Source: an uncultured Bacilli bacterium
Lineage (GTDB): Bacteria; Bacillota_I; Bacilli_A; RF39; UBA660
Direction: 5' to 3'
Assembly: GCA_947629325.1 (NCBI GenBank)
Contig: CANRDE010000004.1
Location: 1-58,341, forward strand
DNA length: 58,341 bases
Of this stretch, positions 18,815 through 28,928 are shown piece by piece. Numbering within the stretch: position 1 is the stretch's first letter; every line of letters starts with the position of its first letter. A program made the translations under genes and the position numbers. Under the pieces are notes generated by a model. The model was not told where the DNA came from, did no database searches, and was given only the letters and a program-made list of their open reading frames with translations.

Positions 18815-20334
18815 TATCTATATAACTCCCGAGGGTTACGATAAGTTCCGCCTCTATTTGGTTCCCCTATTGAATAACCAAAATGTAGATGAGTACCTTG
18901 TGAAGAACCACTATTACCCATATAGCCAACAACAGTACCACGAGATACAGTTTGACCTTCTCTTACTGGTATTGAATTTAACATATGCGCATAAAGAGTA
19001 TAAATGTTATTACCATGATTAATAATTACATAATTACCATATTCGCCCCCACAATTACTACCATAAAAACCATTTTCAGGGCATCCTGTATTAACTTTTA
19101 CTACAATACCAGCATTAGCTGCATATATTTTAGAGCCCCATCCAGCTCCAGATATATCAAGACCATTGTGATGTTTTCCCCAACGCCATGAAAATTCACT
19201 AGTAATAGCATAAGGATTTTCTGTTGGCCAACGCCATCCTTCACCAGTATCATCAAAATTTTCCCAGCCCCAAGTTGATTCTACTCGACCTTTAGTAGTA
19301 ATTTGATCTACTTTTGGCCTAATTATTATTGGATCGCCGTCAAATTCTACTGAACCTATTGTTTCACCATTTACTACTGTATAATGACTAGTCTCTATTT
19401 GTAATCCTTTAACACCAGGTTGGGTTATTTCGGAATAACCAGGACTTTTGGTATTGTCTCTTTCAATAATTTTTTCATAATCCTTTTCAACTTCTTTCAT
19501 CTCATAAATAACGTAAGAAAAAGATAATTGCGGATTAATTAAAGTGATATTAACCTTATCACCTATCGTCAATAAAGAATCTTTACTATTATATTCAGGA
19601 TTTGCTATTAAAAATTCTTGGGTGTTTAATGTATTTTCTTCACTAATAGATTCAATAGTATCGCCTTCTTTAACAGTATAGGTTCTTTCTTGATACGCAA
19701 AGCCAAAAAGCAAACTTTGCGCTAATTCTTCACTACTTTCATAAATTTTATCATTTATACTAATATATTTTTCTCTAATAGAAATATTTTCTAAAAATCC
19801 CATATCTCTATAGATTACACCAATATCTTCTAATTCCCCTTGATTGCCAGATATATAATTTTGGTAATCTTCTTCATCCACAAAAGCTAAAATAAATTCC
19901 TCTAATGCTTCTTTTAAAATATTTTTATCCAAAATGTAAATTTTATATTCATCATGATTATCCGATTTAGAAATTTTGACTTCATATCCTAATATAGTAA
20001 AATCTTGCATTTTTTCAATTTTAGAATATATTTCATCTAAATCGTCTGTTTTAGCATCATAAGAATAGCTTTCAATAACTTGTAACCCACTTGGGGGATA
20101 AACATTATTAACATTATATTTATCTTTTATAATTTGTTGCTTTTCATCAATAAGTTCATATAATTTATCTCTATTATCAATTGAGCCAATTATATTACCA
20201 TCTAAATAAACATTATATATTTTTCTTACTTTGGAACTAAAATCATATTTTCCAATAACAAAATATAAGCCAATCACCATTATACAAAAAATAAATGTTA
20301 TTATTTTTTCTCTTAACTTCATTTTAATTATCAT
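18814..20334 (-). CDS. LysM-G5-M23 peptidoglycan endopeptidase
   Basis: LysM YTVKEGDT, G5-like segment, HNGLD and HLHF M23 motifs; the start may be 20322. Confidence 0.92.
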   Translation of the reverse strand: MIIKMKLREKIITFIFCIMVIGLYFVIGKYDFSSKVRKIYNVYLDGNIIGSIDNRDKLYELIDEKQQIIKDKYNVNNVYPPSGLQVIESYSYDAKTDDLDEIYSKIEKMQDFTILGYEVKISKSDNHDEYKIYILDKNILKEALEEFILAFVDEEDYQNYISGNQGELEDIGVIYRDMGFLENISIREKYISINDKIYESSEELAQSLLFGFAYQERTYTVKEGDTIESISEENTLNTQEFLIANPEYNSKDSLLTIGDKVNITLINPQLSFSYVIYEMKEVEKDYEKIIERDNTKSPGYSEITQPGVKGLQIETSHYTVVNGETIGSVEFDGDPIIIRPKVDQITTKGRVESTWGWENFDDTGEGWRWPTENPYAITSEFSWRWGKHHNGLDISGAGWGSKIYAANAGIVVKVNTGCPENGFYGSNCGGEYGNYVIINHGNNIYTLYAHMLNSIPVREGQTVSRGTVVGYMGNSGSSQGTHLHFGYSIGEPNRGGTYRNPRELYR

Positions 20335-21667
20335 CCTTAATATCGTTTGCTACGCTTCTAAAGGCCCCCATATTTAATTCAAATAACAAATCAACTGTTC
20401 CTGTACTTCCTTTCCGATGCTTAGCTATTACTAATTCGGCAGGAACTATTTTTTCCTTTTGATCTTTTTTACTTTCATAATAATCTTTTCGATTTATAAA
20501 TAATACCATGTCGGCATCTTGTTCAATAGAACCCGACTCTCTTAAGTCAGAAAGCATTGGCATATTACTTTCCCGTTTTTCAGCACTTCTTGATAGTTGG
20601 GCCAAGGCAATTACTGGTACACCAAGCTCTAAAGCCATAGTTTTCAAATTACGAGATATTTCAGATACCTCAATTTGCCGTGACTCAACTTTTTTGTTTC
20701 CGGTAGTAACCAATTGCAAATAATCTATTACAACTAAGCCAAGGCCTTTTGGCATATTGGCTAATCGCCGACATTTAGCTTTAATTTCAGATAATGTGAC
20801 ACCAGAATTATCTTCAATATAGAGATTAGTTTCCGCTAGTTGATTCATTGCCTCATTGTATCTCTTCCAATCTCTTTCTTGCATTTGACCCGTTTGCAAT
20901 TTATAACCATCTATGCCTCCAATGGCACTAATAATTCGATTTACTAATTGTTCTGCAGGCATCTCCAAATTAAATATTGCTATCGCTTTTTCAGTTTTAG
21001 TAGCGGCAAAAGATGCCATATTTAAAGCTAAAGCTGTTTTTCCCATACCAGGACGAGCCGCTAAAATAATGAGTTCTCCTGGTTGAAATCCGGTTGATAT
21101 TTTATCAAAATCGTAAAAACCACTTTCTAAGCCAGTAATAACCTTCTTATTTTTAGCTAATTCTTCTAATTTTGCTTGTGCCCTTCGCAATATTTCTTGA
21201 ATGGGTACAAAATCTTTAACAGTTCTAGTTTTAACAACATTTAAAATGTTTCGTTCAGCATTATCTAATACCGTAGTTACATCATCATCGTCAAATGCTT
21301 CATTTACGATTTCGGTAGCAGCATTAATTAAATTTCTTCTCATAGCATTCTCTTTAACAATGTTTATATAATAATTGAGATTTGCCGTAGTAATTACAGA
21401 ATCTATTACTTCACTTATGTATGCTAAACCACCCACTAAATTTAATCTTTTCTTTTTGTCTAATTCCTCTTTAATAGTTCCGGCATCAATCGGAATATGA
21501 TTTTTATGTAACTCATTTATTGCTTCAAATAAAAACTTGTTTTTTTCTTCAAAAAACATTTCCGCATTAATGTTATCACATATATCATCTACTAAACTAT
21601 TATCAAGAAACGCTACCCCTAATATACTCATTTCTGCTTCTTTATTTGAAGGCATTACGCGAGCCAT
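20324..21667 (-). CDS. dnaB: replicative DNA helicase
   Basis: AARPGMGKT, IDYLQL, QLSR, DLRESGSIEQDAD. Confidence 0.98.
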   Translation of the reverse strand: MARVMPSNKEAEMSILGVAFLDNSLVDDICDNINAEMFFEEKNKFLFEAINELHKNHIPIDAGTIKEELDKKKRLNLVGGLAYISEVIDSVITTANLNYYINIVKENAMRRNLINAATEIVNEAFDDDDVTTVLDNAERNILNVVKTRTVKDFVPIQEILRRAQAKLEELAKNKKVITGLESGFYDFDKISTGFQPGELIILAARPGMGKTALALNMASFAATKTEKAIAIFNLEMPAEQLVNRIISAIGGIDGYKLQTGQMQERDWKRYNEAMNQLAETNLYIEDNSGVTLSEIKAKCRRLANMPKGLGLVVIDYLQLVTTGNKKVESRQIEVSEISRNLKTMALELGVPVIALAQLSRSAEKRESNMPMLSDLRESGSIEQDADMVLFINRKDYYESKKDQKEKIVPAELVIAKHRKGSTGTVDLLFELNMGAFRSVANDIKDDN

Positions 21668-21675
21668 AAAATCAC

Positions 21676-22116
21676 CTACTTACTAACTACTATATCAATA
21701 TAAAATTTAACTTTTTTATGAAGTTCAACCAAAACTTTATGCACTCCTAGAGAATCAATATTCCCGTTTGATTTTAAAAGTTTTTTATCAATGGTGAATC
21801 CCATTTTTTTTAACTCTTCACTTATATGTTTGGTAGAAATATTTCCAAACACTTTATCTTCTTTTCCTGTATTTACTTTAAAAGTTATTTTTTTATTTTC
21901 TAATTGGGATTTAATTTTATTAAGCTTTTCAATTAATTCTTCCTCTTTATCTTGAGCAGCTTTTAATTCTTTGTCTAAAATTTTTTTACTTCCTTTAGTA
22001 TACAAAACCCCCAATTTATTTTTAATTAGATAATTATTACCATAACCATCACTAACGTCGATAATATCATCTTTTTTACCTTTTCCTTTAACATCTTCTA
22101 GTAAAATAATTTTCAT
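21676..22116 (-). CDS. rplI: 50S ribosomal protein L9
   Basis: MKIILLEDVKGKGKK..V.DGY..NYL. Confidence 0.97.
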   Translation of the reverse strand: MKIILLEDVKGKGKKDDIIDVSDGYGNNYLIKNKLGVLYTKGSKKILDKELKAAQDKEEELIEKLNKIKSQLENKKITFKVNTGKEDKVFGNISTKHISEELKKMGFTIDKKLLKSNGNIDSLGVHKVLVELHKKVKFYIDIVVSK

Positions 22117-22160
22117 TTATTCCTCCTAAAACTGTATCTTTATTATAGCATATATTCTTT

Positions 22161-22388
22161 TTAATTAGAATATTTCTTTAATATTATCCACTTCCTTTTC
22201 TTGCCAGATCCTAATAACATAATATAATTATTTTCTTTTAATATTTTTAAATATCTTCTAATTGTTCTTTCACTATAACTAAACTTAGTGGCTAAACTTT
22301 TTTCAGTAACATACCCATTATTATAAATTTCAGAAAAAATATTGGTTAGCAAATCTTGGTTTAATGATTTCATCTCCTCACTCCTCAT
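22161..22388 (-). CDS. stand-alone winged HTH protein (DeoR/HTH_11-like)
   Basis: VT..LA..F..SERTIRRYLK.L...G..K..W. Confidence 0.75.
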   Translation of the reverse strand: MRSEEMKSLNQDLLTNIFSEIYNNGYVTEKSLATKFSYSERTIRRYLKILKENNYIMLLGSGKKRKWIILKKYSN

Positions 22389-22427
22389 TTTTATATATAG
22401 TTAAAGATGAAACCCATTTCCTTTTAT

Positions 22428-22456
22428 ATAAAAAAATTCACATAATTTGTGAATTC
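22428..22456 (-). terminator. terminator after rpsR
   Basis: AATTCACA/TGTGAATT hairpin followed by a T tract on the minus strand. Confidence 0.65.
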
Positions 22457-22457
22457 T

Positions 22458-22673
22458 TTATTTTACGTATGGTATTAAAGCCATAAATCTTGCATATTTA
22501 ACTTGTTCTGCAATATGTCTTTGATGTTTAGCACAAGCACCAGTTACACGTCTAGGTAATATTTTACCCTTTTCATTTATATATTTGTTAATAATCATAA
22601 CATCTTTATAATCAACACTTTTACCAGCGCACATTTGACATATTTTCTTCTTCTTACGATAAAATTCTGCCAT
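22458..22673 (-). CDS. rpsR: 30S ribosomal protein S18 (Zn-binding type)
   Basis: CQMC, DYKD, GKILPRRVTG.CAKHQR. Confidence 0.98.
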   Translation of the reverse strand: MAEFYRKKKKICQMCAGKSVDYKDVMIINKYINEKGKILPRRVTGACAKHQRHIAEQVKYARFMALIPYVK

Positions 22674-22689
22674 TTATAATTCCTCCTTT

Positions 22690-23166
22690 TTAAAATGGTA
22701 AATCGTCACTACTTAAAGTTATCTCTTCGCCAAAGCTTTTAAAAGGGTCTTCAGTTAAGTCTGCAGTTTCCATTGGCATATCAGGCATATTATTAAAATC
22801 ATTAGGCACACTTTCATGGCCAAAATCGTTTCTTTCTGTGGTATCAGAATTTTTAGTACTCAAGAAATTAACAGTATCACAAACAACTTCTGTAACATAT
22901 CGTTTAGAACCATCTTGAGCATCATAACTACTTGTTCTAATTCGTCCTTCAGCAGAAACTAAACTACCTTTATGACAATATTTGGAAATATTATCTGCTT
23001 GTCTACCCCATGCACTACAATTAATAAAATCGGCTCCTCTTTCCCCATTTTTGTTAGTAAAGTTTTGAGAAACGGCTATTGTAAATCTTGTAACAGCCAT
23101 GCCACTAGGAGTAGTTCTTAACTCAGGATCTCTTGTAAGTCTTCCTACTAATAATACTTTATTCAT
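22690..23166 (-). CDS. ssb: single-stranded DNA-binding protein
   Basis: MNKV.LVGRLTRDPELR, C-terminal DDLPF. Confidence 0.98.
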   Translation of the reverse strand: MNKVLLVGRLTRDPELRTTPSGMAVTRFTIAVSQNFTNKNGERGADFINCSAWGRQADNISKYCHKGSLVSAEGRIRTSSYDAQDGSKRYVTEVVCDTVNFLSTKNSDTTERNDFGHESVPNDFNNMPDMPMETADLTEDPFKSFGEEITLSSDDLPF

Positions 23167-23168
23167 AG

Positions 23169-23462
23169 CTACTCACTTTCTTTTTTTAAAATTAAATGTC
23201 TTAAAATATTTTCATTAATTCTAAGTTTTCTATCAAATTCTTGAATAATTGAATGAGAAGTTTCTACAGTCATTAAATAATAAAAACCACTTACTTCTTT
23301 ATTAATTGGATAAGCTAATTTCTTTCTTCCCAAATCCTTGAATTCGATAACTTTTGATTTATTGTCAGTTATTATTTTTTGAACATCTTTAACGATATTA
23401 TTTAAAGCTGCATCATCTAAAGTTGCCTTAACAATAAACATAATTTCATAATTAGTCATCAT
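23169..23462 (-). CDS. rpsF: 30S ribosomal protein S6
   Basis: YEIMFI, GRKKLAYPI, ILRHLI; ATG at 23462 or 23459 after GGAGG. Confidence 0.97.
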   Translation of the reverse strand: MMTNYEIMFIVKATLDDAALNNIVKDVQKIITDNKSKVIEFKDLGRKKLAYPINKEVSGFYYLMTVETSHSIIQEFDRKLRINENILRHLILKKESE

Positions 23463-23465
23463 TTC

Positions 23466-23522
23466 CACCTCCTTATGGTCTATTGGCTTTCTATAAAAGC
23501 AAGGAGTAATAAATTTACTCGC
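23466..23522 (-). promoter_or_regulatory. S6:S18-binding mRNA leader (rpsF leader)
   Basis: GAGUAA..UUACUCCUUGC..hairpin..GCC...CCAUAAGGAGG; the CUCCUU segment can pair with the SD as in the Bacillus rpsF leader. Confidence 0.7.
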
Positions 23523-23621
23523 ATATTAGTATATCAAAAATAAATTACCTTGTAAATAATTATTTATATTTACTTATAATTTTTATGATATAATAATTTA
23601 TATTAGGAGTGGCTTAGAAGT

Positions 23622-24974
23622 ATGAAAAAATGGATAACATTATTATTACTATTGATTCCTTTTGGTGTAAAAGCAGAAGATATAACAGCAACAACAAATT
23701 ATTATATAAACGAGAATGTAGCTAGCAATAAAATTAAGGATAACAATGAAAATACTTATATAACTATTAACCAAGGAAGTACTTTAAGCATTGAAAACGA
23801 ACAAGAGATTAATGCAATTTATATTGTTTATGAATTAAAATCAGTTTCTGGAAAAATAAGTAACGATAATAAAGAAAACGATATTGGTAACAATGGTTAC
23901 CTACACGAATATATTGATGTTAAAAAATTAATAGGTACAGCCAATAAAATTACCATCAATTATAATGAGAATGTAAAAATAGCTGATATATATGTGTTGA
24001 GCGAAGGAGAAATTCCCGAATACATAGAAATTTGGAATCAGCCTCATAAGGAAGCCGATTTAGTTTTATTTTCTACTCATAGTGATGATGAACATCTTTT
24101 TTTCCTAGGACTTTTACCAACTTATATCGCAAGAGGAGCTAATGTCCAAGTTGTATATTTCACTAATCATAATGATACTCCTTCTCGATTACATGAACAA
24201 CTTCATGGATTATACACAGTAGGAGTTAGAAATTATCCAATTATAGGTTTTATACCCGATGCTTATTCCGAAAGCTTGGAAGGAGCTATTAATTCGCTTA
24301 AAAAAGCCAACCTAGAGGTGGAAGATGCTTTAAAATTTGAAGTGGAAATGATCCGTCGGTTTAAACCTTTAGTTATTGTTGGTCACGATGAAAAAGGGGA
24401 ATATTCTCATGGACAACATATTTTAAATACTTATATTTTAGAGCAAGCTATCGAAAAAGCTAATGATAGTACATATGACTTAGATTCCTTAGAAAAATAT
24501 AACACTTGGAATGTTCCCAAAACATATCTTCATTTATATCCTGAAAATCCTATCGTAATGGATTATGACATTCCTTTAGAATACTTTAACGGCCAAACAG
24601 CTTATGAAGTTTCTAAAGCTGGATATAGCAAACATAAATCACAACAATGGACATGGTTTACCAAATGGATTAATGGTAAAAATAATGAATACACAAAAGC
24701 TACTGATATAAAGACTTACTCTCCGGTTCAATATGGACTTTATCGTTCTTTAGTTGGAGAAGATATAAATAAAAATGACATGTTTGAAAACTTAACTTTA
24801 AGAAAAGATGAGATTAAAGAGGAACCAACTATAAAAGAAGAAAAGACAAGTTCAGCCCAAGAAAAAGAAAGATTTGCCATTAATAAAAATGTAATATTTA
24901 CAACTATTCTGGCCACCATTACTATCGTCGGTGTTATTCTAATTATTAGGTTAATTAAAAAAAATAAACATTAA
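23622..24974 (+). CDS. exported PIG-L/LmbE-family deacetylase with C-terminal membrane anchor
   Basis: Signal peptide (VKA^ED), HSDDE, GHD..GEYSHGQH, C-terminal TM with basic tail. Confidence 0.85.
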   Translation: MKKWITLLLLLIPFGVKAEDITATTNYYINENVASNKIKDNNENTYITINQGSTLSIENEQEINAIYIVYELKSVSGKISNDNKENDIGNNGYLHEYIDVKKLIGTANKITINYNENVKIADIYVLSEGEIPEYIEIWNQPHKEADLVLFSTHSDDEHLFFLGLLPTYIARGANVQVVYFTNHNDTPSRLHEQLHGLYTVGVRNYPIIGFIPDAYSESLEGAINSLKKANLEVEDALKFEVEMIRRFKPLVIVGHDEKGEYSHGQHILNTYILEQAIEKANDSTYDLDSLEKYNTWNVPKTYLHLYPENPIVMDYDIPLEYFNGQTAYEVSKAGYSKHKSQQWTWFTKWINGKNNEYTKATDIKTYSPVQYGLYRSLVGEDINKNDMFENLTLRKDEIKEEPTIKEEKTSSAQEKERFAINKNVIFTTILATITIVGVILIIRLIKKNKH

Positions 24975-24977
24975 AGT

Positions 24978-26075
24978 TTATTTTTTTGGTGGGTTAAAAG
25001 TGTGACTATAAGCAACATTAGCAACATTGGATAAATAATTAATATCTTTATTAGATAGTATATTAGATTGTGATAATCTAATGACTAAGATCCAAAATTG
25101 ATTTAAATCAATGACATCCACAAGGATTGATAAAGCTTTAGGTGATACTACTTTCTTAACAACTAACGTTGTAATAAAATGAACATATTCTTCAGGCCTC
25201 ATAGCAGGTGGCATTAGACATTTCAAAACTTCCTCATTTATATCACCAGCTTTTATAAGCAAATTAGATAAACCTTCAATTCCTTCGGTATATTGTTTAT
25301 TCTTTTTTTCTTTTTCCGCTCTTTTTGCTTCCTCTACCGCTGCAATAACTTTTCGCCCTACAATTTGATTAAAAGCCATACTCTCTACTAATTCATCTAT
25401 TAATTTATGGAACACTTCCGATGGCATATTTATTCCGGTTCTTATTAATTCCGCTTCATCTAATGATCCAATATTCCCACGTTCTATATAATAATTAAAT
25501 ATTGCAGTCCAATCTGAAAAAGGGGTTTTTTCACTTGAATTTGGTTTCTTTTGCTCTGTTACTTTTTGTTGGTTATTTGAATGAAGTTCTTTCCATATTT
25601 TTATATAATCAGGAGGGGCAGTCGAAATCGAAGCATGAACTATTGGCCACATAAAATCTGGTAAAAAACCTGAACTAAAAATTGAACGCAACTCGGCAAT
25701 GTCTTCGCGTCTAATAAAAAGTCCATATTTAATTTGAAGTTCATTTATCTTAGATAATTTAATACTATTTTGGGCTCTTTCTAAAATTGCAACTATTTTT
25801 TCATAAACTTTTTTATTTTCTTCTAAGCGCATCTTTTCTTTACACTTAATAATTACGCTTTTATTAATTTGCAGTATCTCATCTGCTCCAATATCACCAA
25901 ACATTCGATAAGTTTTTTCAATTTCCTTTAATTCTTTAAATTCATTTGCATATGCTTTAATGATTTTATATAAACCAATTGAAATAAAATCTTTATTACC
26001 ATTTTTTATACTTTCTGAACTAATATTAATTATTTCTACAATTTGATCAATTATATTTTCATATGTTTCTTCCAT
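24978..26075 (-). CDS. hypothetical orphan protein (365 aa, apparently helical)
   Basis: AGGAG RBS directly after ychF; no motif recognised. Confidence 0.7.
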   Translation of the reverse strand: MEETYENIIDQIVEIINISSESIKNGNKDFISIGLYKIIKAYANEFKELKEIEKTYRMFGDIGADEILQINKSVIIKCKEKMRLEENKKVYEKIVAILERAQNSIKLSKINELQIKYGLFIRREDIAELRSIFSSGFLPDFMWPIVHASISTAPPDYIKIWKELHSNNQQKVTEQKKPNSSEKTPFSDWTAIFNYYIERGNIGSLDEAELIRTGINMPSEVFHKLIDELVESMAFNQIVGRKVIAAVEEAKRAEKEKKNKQYTEGIEGLSNLLIKAGDINEEVLKCLMPPAMRPEEYVHFITTLVVKKVVSPKALSILVDVIDLNQFWILVIRLSQSNILSNKDINYLSNVANVAYSHTFNPPKK

Positions 26076-26086
26076 AACTTTCTCCT

Positions 26087-27187
26087 TTATACATTAAATC
26101 GAAAATAAACTATATCGCCATCTTGCATTAAATAGTCTTTACCTTCTAATCGTAATTTGCCGGTTTCTTTTACTTTTAGTTCGCTTCCTAAATTTTCTAA
26201 ATCATTGTAACTCATAACTTCCGCTTTAATAAAGCCTTTTTCGAAATCACTATGAATAATGCCTGCACATTCTGGAGCCTTCATTCCCTTTTTAAAAGTC
26301 CAAGCTCGGCACTCATCAGTACCACTAGTGAAAAAAGTTGCTAAACCAAGTAAATCATATGTAGCAAATATTAATTTATCAAGGCCACTATTAGTTATTC
26401 CTAAATCTTGTAAAAATTTTTTCTTTTCAGAATCTTCTAAATCGGCCAATTCGCTCTCCAGCTTAGCACACATAACAACTACACTAGATTTTTCTTTAAA
26501 AGCCAATTCTTTTAATTTTAAGGAATATTCATTATCTCCAATAGAGGCTGCCATTTCATCTACATTGGCTACATAGATTAATTTTTTTTGAGTGATAAAA
26601 TTAAAATTTTTAATAATTAATAATTCATCTTCATCAAAATCTATCAATCTAATTGGAATGCTTTTTTCTAAATTATCTTTTATTTTTCTTAATACGGTTA
26701 CTTCTTTAATTGATTCTTTATCTTTTGTAGTTTCTGCTTTCTTTTCTATTTTTCCTAATCTATTTGAAGCAATTTCTAAATCGGCTAATATTAGTTCAGT
26801 ATTAATTATTTCTACATCTCTGATAGGATCTGTTTTACCCGCTACATGAGTAATATTTTCATCATCAAAACATCTTACAACTTCTACAATAGAATCAACT
26901 TCTCTTATATGAGATAAAAATTTATTACCTAATCCTTCGCCTTGGCTAGCTCCACTAACTAAACCGGCAATGTCTATAAACTCAAATGTTGTTGGCACAA
27001 TACTTTTAGGATTATAAAGACTTACTAAATAATCCAGGCGTGTATCCGGTACTGTTACAACTCCCACATTGGGCTCAATTGTTGCAAAAGGATAATTTGC
27101 TGCTAAAATATGTTTTTTAGTAATAGCATTAAATAAAGTTGATTTTCCCACATTTGGAAGACCGACTATTCCTGCTTTTAAACTCAT
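26087..27187 (-). CDS. ychF: redox-regulated ATPase YchF
   Basis: GIVGLPNVGKSTLFN, DIAGLV, FRFNV end. Confidence 0.98.
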   Translation of the reverse strand: MSLKAGIVGLPNVGKSTLFNAITKKHILAANYPFATIEPNVGVVTVPDTRLDYLVSLYNPKSIVPTTFEFIDIAGLVSGASQGEGLGNKFLSHIREVDSIVEVVRCFDDENITHVAGKTDPIRDVEIINTELILADLEIASNRLGKIEKKAETTKDKESIKEVTVLRKIKDNLEKSIPIRLIDFDEDELLIIKNFNFITQKKLIYVANVDEMAASIGDNEYSLKLKELAFKEKSSVVVMCAKLESELADLEDSEKKKFLQDLGITNSGLDKLIFATYDLLGLATFFTSGTDECRAWTFKKGMKAPECAGIIHSDFEKGFIKAEVMSYNDLENLGSELKVKETGKLRLEGKDYLMQDGDIVYFRFNV

Positions 27188-27199
27188 TTTCCAAACCTC

Positions 27200-28744
27200 C
27201 TATCCCATTGTTGGAAATGAATTGATTCCTAATGGGATTCCAATAATATACCATAAAACGCAAATAATTATTAACGTTAAACCAATTATAATGGTATATG
27301 GTATTTGATATTTAATTGACTCTATTAATCTAATTTTATTTTCCCCTTGATTATATTTCTCTAAGAAAGCCAAATAAACAATGAAATAAGCTAAAACTGG
27401 AGTTATATTCATAGTACTAGCTTCAGCAAATCGGAATATAATTTGGGCAAATTCCGGAGTCATTTCTGAGTGCATTACGATAGGCACAATTGACGTTGAT
27501 AGAATACTCCATCTCATTAAACTTGATGGTACAAATATAGTAGAAAGGGCCGTTCCAATAAATATCAATATAATTAATGGTAATCCCGTAAAATTACTAT
27601 TGGCAATAAAATCTCCTATTGCAGCTACTACCACATTGCCTATATTTGTTTGTTTAAAAATACTAATAAACATTGATGCTAAAAATATCATAACTAAAAC
27701 ATTACCTATACCATCTAAAGAATGACCTAAATTATCAAAAAAATCTTTATGATTTTTGATTGATTTAACTCCAATACCATAGAATAATCCTAAAATAATC
27801 AAAAGCATCGTAACCACAAAAACAAAGCCATTACTGAAAAATGAATTAACACTAAATAGTTTATCAATATAGGCGCTTTGACTATTGTCGAGTAAAGCTC
27901 CACTAAGCGGAAGCCCTGGAATAATACTATAAATAAAAATTAACAAATAAATTAAAGCGCTACTACAAGCATATACCATCCCTTTTTGCTCATCTTTAGT
28001 GACAATATCTTCTATAAGTTCTGTCTCAGTAAATTCATATTTAGGCAATTTTTTAACTATAATATTTTCGGTAACAAACGTTATTAGAGTGGAAACTATC
28101 AGTACAGCAATTAACATTATAATTATAAAAGCGTAATTAGAGAAATCATAATTAATATTTAAAGTTTGAGCTGCTAATAAAGTATAATTCTTCAAACTGG
28201 AATCCATGCTGGTAAAAATAACATTGATTGCACTACCACAAGAAAGAGCCGCAAATGAAGCAATTATTCCAATAGCAGGATTACGTTTACCATAATAAAA
28301 TAGTAAAGCTCCTAATGGGATAAAGATTAAATAAGATAAATCGCCAAATACACTAGATAAAACACAAATTAGTACAAATATAAAAGTTACAGTAGTCTTT
28401 TTTAATTTTTTAGTAGTTAAAGTTATAGCAGTTTGTAAAAAACCACTCTTATCCATTATACTAATACCCATTAATAGGATTATTAAGTTGGACAAGACCG
28501 TAAAATTGGCGAAATTAGCAACAGTACTAGTAAAAATATATTTTATCCCGCTTAAATTAAATAACGATTTGACAATTTCGGTTACTGGATTCAAATCAAA
28601 CGTAATGCTATTTACTCTATAATATGTTGCTTGAGCATCTAATAAACTTAAAAATCCACTTATTATAATAACAATTACAATTAGTAAAATATAAGTCATT
28701 AAGGGATGCATATTTTGTTTATTTTTTTTCTTCAATCTTGGCAT
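27200..28744 (-). CDS. AbgT-family transporter
   Basis: HP...Y N-terminus, SG+ segment, G.NP..GI..AFA; ~12 hydrophobic segments. Confidence 0.85.
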   Translation of the reverse strand: MPRLKKKNKQNMHPLMTYILLIVIVIIISGFLSLLDAQATYYRVNSITFDLNPVTEIVKSLFNLSGIKYIFTSTVANFANFTVLSNLIILLMGISIMDKSGFLQTAITLTTKKLKKTTVTFIFVLICVLSSVFGDLSYLIFIPLGALLFYYGKRNPAIGIIASFAALSCGSAINVIFTSMDSSLKNYTLLAAQTLNINYDFSNYAFIIIMLIAVLIVSTLITFVTENIIVKKLPKYEFTETELIEDIVTKDEQKGMVYACSSALIYLLIFIYSIIPGLPLSGALLDNSQSAYIDKLFSVNSFFSNGFVFVVTMLLIILGLFYGIGVKSIKNHKDFFDNLGHSLDGIGNVLVMIFLASMFISIFKQTNIGNVVVAAIGDFIANSNFTGLPLIILIFIGTALSTIFVPSSLMRWSILSTSIVPIVMHSEMTPEFAQIIFRFAEASTMNITPVLAYFIVYLAFLEKYNQGENKIRLIESIKYQIPYTIIIGLTLIIICVLWYIIGIPLGINSFPTMG

Positions 28745-28928
28745 TTTGCACCTTCTTCATTTTTTTCTGAAATTCCAATCTATCCATCATAATTTCTCGA
28801 CCACAATTCACACATTTAATTTTAATGTCAACTCCCATTCTCGTAATAACCCATAAATTAGTACCACAGGCATGTTGCTTTTTCATAATCACTTGATCAT
28901 TTAAATTAAATGATTTATCCATAATCAA
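28719..28928 (-). CDS. DUF951 protein (YyzM-like)
   Basis: MKK.HACG.N.W.ITRMG.DIKIKC..CGR. Confidence 0.92.
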   Translation of the reverse strand: MIMDKSFNLNDQVIMKKQHACGTNLWVITRMGVDIKIKCVNCGREIMMDRLEFQKKMKKVQNAKIEEKK

